In this document: in pieces, positions 40,431 through 48,985 of the stretch
How the letters are laid out: every line of letters starts with the position of its first letter
Position numbering within the stretch: position 1 is the stretch's first letter
Source: a virus
Taxonomy: Duplodnaviria; Caudoviricetes
Length of the DNA stretch: 63,466 nt
Direction: 5' to 3' (one strand)
IMG/VR virus record: IMGVR_UViG_3300030060_007512
Span: 1-63,466 of that record
Program-made: the position numbers and the translations under genes
The notes under the pieces: model-generated
What the model was told of the DNA's origin: nothing
What the model saw: only the letters and a program-made list of their open reading frames with translations
Databases searched by the model: none

Positions 40431-41126
40431 ATGAAATTAAAAAATATATTAAAAGAAAGCAATAAAGAAGCATTTAATAGATCTCTTACTAAAGAAGAAA
40501 AAAGAGATGTTATGAATGCTGTATCTAAATTTAACGATTTCGGTGCTAAAGTATATAAAACTAATGAAATTAAAGATATGGTAGAAGCAATTAAAAGTAT
40601 GACTAAAGGAGCTTCTAATCTCGCTTTACAAGAAACCGGTGATTGGTTTGATGCTGTTACAGTAAAAAGAGATATGTCTGAAGTAAATAAATCTGCTAAA
40701 TTATTTGAAAAAGCTGCAACTGAATTATCCACTCTTCAGCAAAGGCTTGAGTCAGTATTTGAAGATATTGGTCACAAATTAGGTAAGTATTATGATATAT
40801 CAGAAGCTATGGACCCAGTAGGAAAAGAGGATGGTGATATAGATAATGATGGTGATGAAGATGAATCAGATGAGTATCTAGCAAAGAAAAGATCTGCTAT
40901 TACTAAAGCGATTAAAAACGAAACTAAACTAACTAAAATTGCTGAAGCTGCTCCTAAAATGAAAGATAGCAAAGAGACTGAAAACATTAAAAAAATATTT
41001 CAAATGGCAAACCTTGCTAGAAAAGGTGGTATGGGTAATAGATACGGAAAAGAATTTGAAAAGGCTAAAAAGAGAGCAGTTAAAGCTTTAGCAGATATGT
41101 ACCAATATTCAAAGATAGGAGGGTAA
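40431..41126 (+). CDS. Hypothetical head protein with acidic DxDNDGDxDxxD loop
   Basis: MKLKNILKE N-terminus; DPVGKEDGDIDNDGDEDESDEYL. Confidence 0.55.
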   Translation: MKLKNILKESNKEAFNRSLTKEEKRDVMNAVSKFNDFGAKVYKTNEIKDMVEAIKSMTKGASNLALQETGDWFDAVTVKRDMSEVNKSAKLFEKAATELSTLQQRLESVFEDIGHKLGKYYDISEAMDPVGKEDGDIDNDGDEDESDEYLAKKRSAITKAIKNETKLTKIAEAAPKMKDSKETENIKKIFQMANLARKGGMGNRYGKEFEKAKKRAVKALADMYQYSKIGG

Positions 41127-41128
41127 TA

Positions 41129-42073
41129 ATGAACGAAACTAAATTAAGACAGTTAATATCAGAAGAAATTAGATTTCTTTTATCAGAAAGATTTGGTTCT
41201 AAAAGATTACAATCTATAGTTAGTGGTATGGGTAAATGGGAAAAAACTGCATTTCTAAAAGCTGGTGTTAAAACCGGACTAGATTGGAACTCAATTACTG
41301 ATGCTGATATCAAAAGAGTAGCGAAAACTCCTGCTCAATTATACGGTAAACAAGGTATATATCTTATTTTAGCTATTAAAGATTTTGACTTTACAGAATC
41401 AGGTAGATACGGTTGGACTAATAAAATTAAAAAAGGTCAAATGATCGGAATGATGGTAGGTGGTAAGGTAGCATATGTAACTAAAAATGGTTTAGGACCG
41501 AAATCTAAATATGGATATAGTGGTAAGGATAAAGTTGGTATAGATAAAGTAGGTGCAAGAAGTGTTAAAAGTATGTCTGAAATGCCTCATATAGTATTTC
41601 AAATAAATTATGAAAATAAAAGAGATGCACTAAAAGACAAACAAAGAATGCGTGCTAACATAAAATTTGGTGCAACAGCATTCAAAACTGATAAAGAATT
41701 CAAGCAAGAAAATCTAAAAAGATATAAAGAAGCTTTAGCTAACTCTGCTGATAAATCAGAAAAAATACACAAACAAGTTCTTGCTGCTGTTCAATATTCT
41801 AACAAATTAGTTGAGAAAGCGGTTAAAGAAGGTACAATGACTAAATATCAAGCAATGGGTGTTGATATAGGTGGTAAAATACATGAGTTACAATACGTAA
41901 CAAGACTACAAAATCAGATTCTAGATAATTATGCTAGATATACTGATTATGATAATAAATCTAAAAGCGATGAACGTTCAGCTGATTACTATGGTGAACA
42001 AAGAGCTCAATACGCACTTAAGATTAAACAATACGTTGGATATATGTTAAAAAATCAATTTAATAAGTGGTAA
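41129..42073 (+). CDS. Hypothetical protein, possible internal head protein
   Basis: MNETKLRQLISEEIRFLLSE N-terminus; AGGAGG SD. Confidence 0.55.
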   Translation: MNETKLRQLISEEIRFLLSERFGSKRLQSIVSGMGKWEKTAFLKAGVKTGLDWNSITDADIKRVAKTPAQLYGKQGIYLILAIKDFDFTESGRYGWTNKIKKGQMIGMMVGGKVAYVTKNGLGPKSKYGYSGKDKVGIDKVGARSVKSMSEMPHIVFQINYENKRDALKDKQRMRANIKFGATAFKTDKEFKQENLKRYKEALANSADKSEKIHKQVLAAVQYSNKLVEKAVKEGTMTKYQAMGVDIGGKIHELQYVTRLQNQILDNYARYTDYDNKSKSDERSADYYGEQRAQYALKIKQYVGYMLKNQFNKW

Positions 42074-42079
42074 TATTTA

Positions 42080-42111
42080 GTTGGTTAATTGTAGTTTTTT
42101 TCTTATATTAA
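42080..42111 (+). promoter_or_regulatory. Putative Bacteroidota-type promoter of the bS21 gene
   Basis: GTTG at 42080-42083, 20-nt spacer ending TTTTCT, TATATTAA at 42104. Confidence 0.6.
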
Positions 42112-42145
42112 GGTAATTAATAATCGTTTAACTAAAATTATAAAA

Positions 42146-42505
42146 ATGCGAAAAAATTATGAAGGAGGCCAAGGCCCTCCTAAAAAAGCCTTTCGAAGAA
42201 AAAGATGGTCTAGGCAAGACTTTTATGTACCAGGTAATCCGAGAGGAGTTAAAGTACCTGACAATTCACCAGCAGCTTTAGAAAAAAGTTTACGTTATCT
42301 TAAACGTCAAATGAAAGATGCTGATATCGTTGGTAAACTTAGAGCTAATCAAGAGTATACTAAACCTTCAGCTAAACGTAGAAAACAGATGCAAGATGCT
42401 GTTAGAAAGCAACAGTTGAGAGATAAAATTAGTAAACAGTATTGGGATAATTTTACATGGATAGTCCCACCATCTAAAAATACTGGACCTGAATTACCAT
42501 TTTAA
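42146..42505 (+). CDS. rpsU: Phage-encoded ribosomal protein bS21 with N- and C-terminal extensions
   Basis: VKV......LEKSLRYLKRQM...IVGKLR..QEYTKPSAKRRK...AVRK matches the bS21 core; lies in the head module. Confidence 0.8.
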   Translation: MRKNYEGGQGPPKKAFRRKRWSRQDFYVPGNPRGVKVPDNSPAALEKSLRYLKRQMKDADIVGKLRANQEYTKPSAKRRKQMQDAVRKQQLRDKISKQYWDNFTWIVPPSKNTGPELPF

Positions 42506-42511
42506 TAAAAG

Positions 42512-42538
42512 AAACCCGAAAATTTTTCGGGTTTTTTT
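42512..42538 (+). terminator. Rho-independent terminator after bS21
   Basis: aaacccgaaaa/ttttcgggttt inverted repeat plus T tract. Confidence 0.85.
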
Positions 42539-42580
42539 ATATATTTTATATTTACGTATATATTTATATGTGTACAAAAT

Positions 42581-42667
42581 ATACTATCATTTATATAGTA
42601 TTAGATACAAAATTAATATCTATTAAGATTCCTAATAATCTTATTTCCACATTATATTTATTGGAGA
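42581..42667 (+). promoter_or_regulatory. Structured 5' leader (four tandem hairpins) of the scaffold-capsid operon
   Basis: atactat/atagtat, tagata/tatcta, taagatt/aatctta, tttcca/tggaga (the last covers the SD). Confidence 0.45.
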
Positions 42668-42673
42668 CAAATT

Positions 42674-43672
42674 ATGTCAAAAGACTTGTTAAAAGAAGCA
42701 ATTGCTGATGCAAAAGCTGTTAGAGAAACTGCTATCGCTAATGCTAAACTTGCTCTAGAAGAAGCTTTCACACCTAAACTTCAATCTATGTTATCTGCAA
42801 AATTGCAAGAAGATGATATGGAAGATGAAGAAGAAGACGTTGATGTTGCAGAAATGGAACATGGCGAGGAAGAAGCTGAAGAAGGTATGCATGCCGACGA
42901 TGAAACAGAAGAAGGAATGCATGGCGACGATGAAGCTGAAGAAGGTATGAGAGAAGAAGACGAAGAGGAAGAAGAAGGTATGAGAGAAGAGGACGAAGAG
43001 GAAGCTGAAGAGGGAATGCGTGAAGAAGATGAAGAGGAAGAGGGTGACCTTGACCTTGAATCTATCATTAGAGAACTTGAAGGCGAAGATGAAGAAGAAG
43101 CTGAAGAAGGAATGCGTGAGCAATCTGACTCAAGCGATCTCGGAAAAGGCGATAACAAAATGGATCAAGCGTCTGGTAAAGACCAAGACGATCCAGGTAA
43201 AGGTAAGTTAAAAGAAGAAGAAGAAGGTGATGATGAAGAAATCGATTTAGACGAAGTAATCAGATCACTAACTGAAGAAGATGAAGACGAAGAAGGTATG
43301 GAAGAAGAGGAAGATAAAGATGCTGAACTAGAAGAAGCATATAATACTATCAGATCTCTTAAATCTACACTTCAAGAAGTTAATCTTCTAAATGCTAAAT
43401 TATTATTCTCAAACAAATTGTTTAAGGGTAATAACTTAAGTGAATCTCAAAAGATGAAAGTTATCGAAACATTCGATAGAGCATCTAATTTGAGAGAAGT
43501 TAAGTTAGTATATTCTACTTTAGCTGAATCATTTACCGGTAAGTCAGTTTCAAAGAAAGGCTTAACAGAAGGATTCGCTTCTAGAAAATCAAACTCAACA
43601 GCTCCGAAAGGACAAATTGTTGAATCAAATGGCATGGCAAATCGTATGAAGCGATTAGCTGGCTTATTGTAA
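42674..43672 (+). CDS. Prohead core/scaffold protein (gp22-like)
   Basis: Highly acidic, coiled-coil ends, immediately upstream of the major capsid gene; ends RMKRLAGLL. Confidence 0.8.
   Translation: MSKDLLKEAIADAKAVRETAIANAKLALEEAFTPKLQSMLSAKLQEDDMEDEEEDVDVAEMEHGEEEAEEGMHADDETEEGMHGDDEAEEGMREEDEEEEEGMREEDEEEAEEGMREEDEEEEGDLDLESIIRELEGEDEEEAEEGMREQSDSSDLGKGDNKMDQASGKDQDDPGKGKLKEEEEGDDEEIDLDEVIRSLTEEDEDEEGMEEEEDKDAELEEAYNTIRSLKSTLQEVNLLNAKLLFSNKLFKGNNLSESQKMKVIETFDRASNLREVKLVYSTLAESFTGKSVSKKGLTEGFASRKSNSTAPKGQIVESNGMANRMKRLAGLL
42866..43120 (+). repeat. Degenerate 30-36 bp coding tandem repeats (EEGM[HR]...E/D)
   Basis: gaagaaggtatg/gaaggaatg units; six EEGM copies in this span. Confidence 0.8.
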
Positions 43673-43709
43673 AATTATTAACGTATTTAAGAAATAGGAG
43701 AGACAAAAA

Positions 43710-45278
43710 ATGTCAAACATTTCAAATTTATTAAACGATGCTCAATCAACTTACAGACAACAGTTGAATGAGACAAAAAAATACGTATCTAAATGGGAAA
43801 AGACTGGATTACTTGAAGGAATCGATCACGATTACGAAAAGCATAACACTGCAATCTTATTAGAAAATCAGGCAAGAGAACTTGTAACTGAAAACTCTAA
43901 AATTGGTGGTGCTAGCTCAGAAGAGTGGAACGGTGTTGCTTTACCATTAGTTAGACGTATTTTCGGCGAAATCTTTGCAAAAGAATTCGTTAGTGTACAA
44001 CCAATGAACCTTCCATCTGGTCTAGTATTTTATCTAGATTTCAAGTATGGTACAGGTGGTGCTAATGACAGACAAGTTAGCGGAACAGACGTGATGGGTA
44101 ATACTTCATCATCAAGCTCACCAACAGGTGGTCTTTACGGTGATGGTAACGGAACTGGTGATAAAGCAGGATACACGCTTAAAAAGCAAAGTACTACTTT
44201 AGCTGCTGGTGCATTTAGTTCACAAACAGCTGCTAACGGTGATGGTGTTGAAATCACAATATCTAATCTTAACGCTGATTTAGATTTAGATTTAGTTGGT
44301 GCTATCGTAATTACTTCAGCTTCAGTTTTAGTTAACGAAGTTGGAACAATTACAGGTTCAACTAATGATACTAAAATCATGTTTAAGAACAACAAAGGTG
44401 ATGCGATGAGAGCTGGTGATATCTTAACTGTAAATTACTACTTGAACACTACTACTGCTGCTTCAAGAGGTGACTTCGAAGATTCAACTGCAACTCCTGC
44501 GGGATCTGTAAATGATGGATCTGATGATATCGGTATTCCAGAAATGAATGTTCAATTGAGACAAGAAGCTCTTGTTGCAAAGACTAGAAAACTAAAAGTT
44601 GTTTGGTCACCTGAATTTGCTCAAGACTTGAACGCTTATCACTCAATTGACGCAGAAGCAGAATTAACATCAATGCTATCAGAGTACATCTCGATGGAAA
44701 TCGATATGGAAATTTTAGCAATGTTAGATAGAGCTGCTGATACAGTTTCTGGTAATGTTGGTTCATTTACTTTAGAATCTGCTGCTAATGGATATGCTCC
44801 TACAGTATCTAATGCAACTGCAAGATACGACTTAGGAACATGGGCACAAACTTTAGGCTATCAAATGCAAAAAGTTTCTAACAATATCCATAAGTTAACT
44901 ATGAGAGGTGGTGCTAACTTTGCTGTAGTATCTCCAGAGATAGCTGCAATTATCGAATCTATTCCAGGATTCTCAGCTGATACTGATGGTACTGCTACTC
45001 AGTTTGCTGCAGGTGTAACTAAAGTAGGTGCTTTTGCAAATAGATATACTATTTACAAGAATCCTTACAGACCAACTGCTGCTGGTATCTTAATGGGCTT
45101 CAGAGGTAATCAATTCTTAGAAACTGGTGCTGTTTATGCTCCATATATTCCATTAATTATGACTCCTCTAGTGTATGACCCAACTAACTTCACTCCAAGA
45201 AAAGGTGTGATGACTAGATACGCGAAGAAAGTTGTAAGACCTGAATTCTACGGAAAAGTTAACGTAACAATTAACTAA
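43710..45278 (+). CDS. Major capsid protein (T4 gp23-like)
   Basis: LLENQ, LPLVRR, VQPMNLPSGLVFYL, AKTRKLK..WSPE.AQDL.A.H.IDAEAEL, YAPYIPL, GVMTRY. Confidence 0.96.
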   Translation: MSNISNLLNDAQSTYRQQLNETKKYVSKWEKTGLLEGIDHDYEKHNTAILLENQARELVTENSKIGGASSEEWNGVALPLVRRIFGEIFAKEFVSVQPMNLPSGLVFYLDFKYGTGGANDRQVSGTDVMGNTSSSSSPTGGLYGDGNGTGDKAGYTLKKQSTTLAAGAFSSQTAANGDGVEITISNLNADLDLDLVGAIVITSASVLVNEVGTITGSTNDTKIMFKNNKGDAMRAGDILTVNYYLNTTTAASRGDFEDSTATPAGSVNDGSDDIGIPEMNVQLRQEALVAKTRKLKVVWSPEFAQDLNAYHSIDAEAELTSMLSEYISMEIDMEILAMLDRAADTVSGNVGSFTLESAANGYAPTVSNATARYDLGTWAQTLGYQMQKVSNNIHKLTMRGGANFAVVSPEIAAIIESIPGFSADTDGTATQFAAGVTKVGAFANRYTIYKNPYRPTAAGILMGFRGNQFLETGAVYAPYIPLIMTPLVYDPTNFTPRKGVMTRYAKKVVRPEFYGKVNVTIN

Positions 45279-45301
45279 TTCTAATTAGAATTAATATTAA
45301 G

Positions 45302-45325
45302 AGCCCTCTTCGGAGGGCTTTTTTT
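45302..45325 (+). terminator. Rho-independent terminator after the capsid gene
   Basis: agccctc-TTCG-gagggct followed by a T tract. Confidence 0.92.
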
Positions 45326-45375
45326 ATGGATATATATGTACATATTGATATTTATTATAAATAAAGGAGAACAGT

Positions 45376-46053
45376 ATGGCACAACCATTTTCTAAAGACG
45401 CAGGTGCAAAGAATAATAAGAAAGGTTATCGCTTTTTATTATCTTTGAACGATGAACAAAAAGAAGCTAAACGTGAAATTTTAGATAACACTGTTTCGAT
45501 AATTCTTGGTAAAGCCGGATCGGGTAAGACCTTGTTAGCGTGCCAAATCGCACTTCAGGAAGTCCTACAAAAGAAAAGGAAAAAAATAATTATTACCCGT
45601 CCGACTATATCTAAAGAAGATCTTGGTCATTTACCAGGTAATATGGAAGAAAAAATGTCTCCATGGGTAGCACCAATATATGGTAATATGTATCAATTAT
45701 TAAGAAGAGAACGAGTTGATAAAATGATTAAAGATGGTCAGATAGAGATTGTACCAGTTTCATATATGAGAGGTAGAACTTTTTTAGATGCATCAGTAAT
45801 TGTAGATGAGTGTCAGAATTTAGATCATGAGCAAACACTTATGATACTTCAACGAATTGGATTAAATAGTAGGATGATGTTCTGTGGTGATTCACAGCAA
45901 GTTGATTTGAAAAAAGGCGGTGATAGTGGCCTTCAATTTTTATCATCAGTTAATACTGTAAATGGACTACATACTATAGAATTATTAGAAAACCACAGAC
46001 ATCCTATATTAGATGATATTCTTAAGGTATATAAAGAAAAACACGCTAAATAA
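45376..46053 (+). CDS. phoH: PhoH family ATPase
   Basis: GKAGSGKT, ITRP, LGHLPG, YMRGRTF, VDECQN, GDSQQVD, RHPI. Confidence 0.93.
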   Translation: MAQPFSKDAGAKNNKKGYRFLLSLNDEQKEAKREILDNTVSIILGKAGSGKTLLACQIALQEVLQKKRKKIIITRPTISKEDLGHLPGNMEEKMSPWVAPIYGNMYQLLRRERVDKMIKDGQIEIVPVSYMRGRTFLDASVIVDECQNLDHEQTLMILQRIGLNSRMMFCGDSQQVDLKKGGDSGLQFLSSVNTVNGLHTIELLENHRHPILDDILKVYKEKHAK

Positions 46054-46103
46054 CTTTTAATTTGATATTTATATTAGACTAATAATATCTATAGAGGAAT
46101 AAT

Positions 46104-47255
46104 ATGGCAACAACAACTGTATATGACGGAACAGCTGGTGACATTAGTGGTAGTACTCCTTTTGGTATATACGATGAGCATTCTGATTTCCAAACTGATG
46201 GACCTAAAGTAGCTGATTGGTGTGCTAGAAGGATAGGGTATCCTATTGTCGATATTGAGCTCCAAGATCAAAATTTCTTTGCATGCTTTGAAGAAGCTGT
46301 AACGGAATATTCATCTCAAGTAAATAGATTTAATATAAAAGAAAATTTATTAACACTGAGAGGTAATTCAACTGCATCTAACTATACCCATAAACACTTT
46401 AATCCAGGGTTAGATGATATTGTAGGGATATCTAAAGCATATGGTACTGAAGCTGGCGTGGGAGGTGATGTAAAACTATATACAGGCTCTGTATCAATGT
46501 CAAAAAATCAAGGTGTATACGATTTGACTGATTCTAATTTAGTAACTTTAGAAAATGGTACTGTAGGTTCAGATTCAATAGAAGTTAGAAGAGTATTTTA
46601 TGAAGCTACACCTGCTATGACACGATTTTTTGATCCACATATAGGTTCAGGACTAGGCTCACAGCAAATGTTAAATACATTTGGTTGGGGTAACTATTCA
46701 CCAGCAATAAATTATTTATTAATGCCAATGTATGATGATTTATTACGTATACAAGCTATAGAATTTAACGATCTAATGAGAAAATCAGCTTACTCATTTC
46801 ACATACAAGGAAACAGAATAAGAGTATTTCCTTTACCTGATAGTTCTTATAAATTGTATTTTCATTATATAAAGGTAAGTGATAGAAGAACTATATCATT
46901 TGATGGTGGACTAGTTTCTGATTTTTCTAACGCACAATATAATAATATGACCTATAATAATATTAACGATCCAGGTAAACAGTGGATTAAAAAATACACT
47001 TTAGCATTAGTTAAAGAACTATTAGGTTCTATTAGAGGTAAATATGGTTCAATGCCTATACCTAACGGCGATGTATCCTTAGACGGTGATACTCTACGTT
47101 CTGAAGGTGCTGCTGAAAGAGATGCTCTAATATCAGAATTGAGAGAAGATTTAGAAGCAGCTTCTAAACGTCAATTAATGGAAAAGCAAAATGATATTGC
47201 TAACTTCCACCAAGAAACTATGAATAAAATGCCATACGGCATATATATTGGATAA
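46104..47255 (+). CDS. Neck protein (T4 gp13-like)
   Basis: RRIGYPIVDIEL, WIKKYTLALVKE..G..RGKY, LDGD. Confidence 0.8.
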   Translation: MATTTVYDGTAGDISGSTPFGIYDEHSDFQTDGPKVADWCARRIGYPIVDIELQDQNFFACFEEAVTEYSSQVNRFNIKENLLTLRGNSTASNYTHKHFNPGLDDIVGISKAYGTEAGVGGDVKLYTGSVSMSKNQGVYDLTDSNLVTLENGTVGSDSIEVRRVFYEATPAMTRFFDPHIGSGLGSQQMLNTFGWGNYSPAINYLLMPMYDDLLRIQAIEFNDLMRKSAYSFHIQGNRIRVFPLPDSSYKLYFHYIKVSDRRTISFDGGLVSDFSNAQYNNMTYNNINDPGKQWIKKYTLALVKELLGSIRGKYGSMPIPNGDVSLDGDTLRSEGAAERDALISELREDLEAASKRQLMEKQNDIANFHQETMNKMPYGIYIG

Positions 47256-47260
47256 CGATT

Positions 47261-47857
47261 ATGCCTATATTTGGTAGAACTAACGATAGAAAGCTTATTA
47301 AGCACTTCAGTAGAGAAGTAATGGAAGATATTATTGATACTCCTGTAATTGTATTTAAGCCGTATATTACTAAATCGAATACTAATTTATATGGTGAAGG
47401 TGTTAATGGTGATAAAGCTTGGAGAACAGGTGTTTTACTTCATGCAATGGTAAATAGAGAGGATCAAGAATATATGCAGACAGATTACGGTATAGATATT
47501 AATCAAAAAATTACATATAGTTTTCTTAATGAAGATATAATGAGTAAAAATAGTAAATTTGATACTGGTGAAGAATCTGCATTTAGCATACAGATTGGCG
47601 ATTTAGTATACTATGACTCTAATTATTGGGAAATTGATAGTTTAACAAAAAATCAATATTTGTTTGGAAGAAATCAAAACGTAATAGAAGGTGATGCACA
47701 AGATTTTGGCTTTAGTAGTACTACGGATATGCATGGTGAAAGTTTATCTACTATAGCAGCTGCTCATTTAACTAGAAAATCTAGATTAAATATTGAATCA
47801 CCATCAGAGAGTAATATTAAAAGTGTTACTAGCGAAATAAACGGACTTTATAGATAA
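47261..47857 (+). CDS. Head closure/neck protein (gp14-like)
   Basis: NLYGE, GDLVYY...YWEI; position after gp13-like gene. Confidence 0.65.
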   Translation: MPIFGRTNDRKLIKHFSREVMEDIIDTPVIVFKPYITKSNTNLYGEGVNGDKAWRTGVLLHAMVNREDQEYMQTDYGIDINQKITYSFLNEDIMSKNSKFDTGEESAFSIQIGDLVYYDSNYWEIDSLTKNQYLFGRNQNVIEGDAQDFGFSSTTDMHGESLSTIAAAHLTRKSRLNIESPSESNIKSVTSEINGLYR

Positions 47858-48654
47858 TGGCAAATAAAGATATTAAACATAATAGAAATAATGTTAATCG
47901 AGCAGAACAAACTCGACGAGATAATGATAATAATAAAGATTTATCTATTGGGTTATATGATATCGATGAAACTATCAAATATTATTTTGATGAAGTATTA
48001 AAACTTCAGATAACTGATAGTGGTGGTAATATTAATAAAGTGCCTGTAAAATATGCATCTCCAGAAAATTGGAAAAGTTATCAAACTAATGATTTAAGAC
48101 GAGATTCAAGAGGTAAAATACAATTACCTATTCTTACATTTAAGAGAGATAGTATCACAAAAAATAGAAATCTTGGTAATAAAGTTGATGCTAATAAACC
48201 TATTTATACTTTTGTAGATAGAGGTAGAGATCCTAATCAAAGGTATGATAGATTAACAATGCTTAATCAAAGACAAACAGGTGCTAAATATTCTAGAGTG
48301 CTAGAAAAAATAGTTGTACCTGATTATATTACTGTAAATTATTCCTGCGTTGTTTATACTGAATTTTTAACTCAGATGAATACAATTATCGAAGCTATAA
48401 GTTACGGTGAAGGAGGATATTGGGGTGATAAAAGTAAATATATGGTTAGAGCTAAAGTAGATGAATTTCCTAGCGCAGTTGAATTAGCTATAGGAGAGGA
48501 TCGAGTAGTAAAGAGTGAATTTTCATTAACAATAGAAGGACATATTATACCTAAGACTATACAAAAACAAATACAACAAGGAAGTTCTAAGGTATTAACT
48601 AAAACAAAAATACAGCTAGGCGAATCAGTTGTATCGGATATAACTAAAATTTAA
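47857..48654 (+). CDS. Tail terminator/sheath stabiliser (gp15-like)
   Basis: KVPVKYASPE.W, LPILTF.R, VPDYITVNY, QMNTIIE. Confidence 0.7.
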   Translation: MANKDIKHNRNNVNRAEQTRRDNDNNKDLSIGLYDIDETIKYYFDEVLKLQITDSGGNINKVPVKYASPENWKSYQTNDLRRDSRGKIQLPILTFKRDSITKNRNLGNKVDANKPIYTFVDRGRDPNQRYDRLTMLNQRQTGAKYSRVLEKIVVPDYITVNYSCVVYTEFLTQMNTIIEAISYGEGGYWGDKSKYMVRAKVDEFPSAVELAIGEDRVVKSEFSLTIEGHIIPKTIQKQIQQGSSKVLTKTKIQLGESVVSDITKI

Positions 48655-48668
48655 TAAGGAGAAATGTT

Positions 48669-48914
48669 ATGACTAAAATTAAGAAAGACGAGCTTAATAA
48701 AATCAAGGGATCAATCGAATTACAAACACAATTTACTACAAGGTTAGGAGATACTGAATTACAGATTCTTACCTTGAAGGAAACGAAAAAAAATATATTA
48801 AACAAAATAAATGACATAATTGAAGAACGTGGTCAATATTTAGAACAGCTTAAGGAAACTTATGGTGACGGCACATTAAATATTGATACAGGAGAATTTA
48901 CTGTTACAAAGTAA
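48669..48914 (+). CDS. Hypothetical coiled-coil protein
   Basis: 81 aa; YGDGTLNIDTGEF; AGGAG SD. Confidence 0.55.
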   Translation: MTKIKKDELNKIKGSIELQTQFTTRLGDTELQILTLKETKKNILNKINDIIEERGQYLEQLKETYGDGTLNIDTGEFTVTK

Positions 48915-48985
48915 AGTTTGAGGTTTTTGTCATATATTTATATAAGAATAATTATATACTTGGTAATTATATTAGGAGACAATAA

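Noticed and set aside
42506-42673. tRNA gene in the longest intergenic gap
   Set aside because: No cloverleaf, T-loop or CCA; no tRNA or rRNA noticed anywhere in the window
42866-43120. Periodic repeats as a CRISPR array
   Set aside because: Degenerate in-frame coding repeats with no unique spacers and no cas genes
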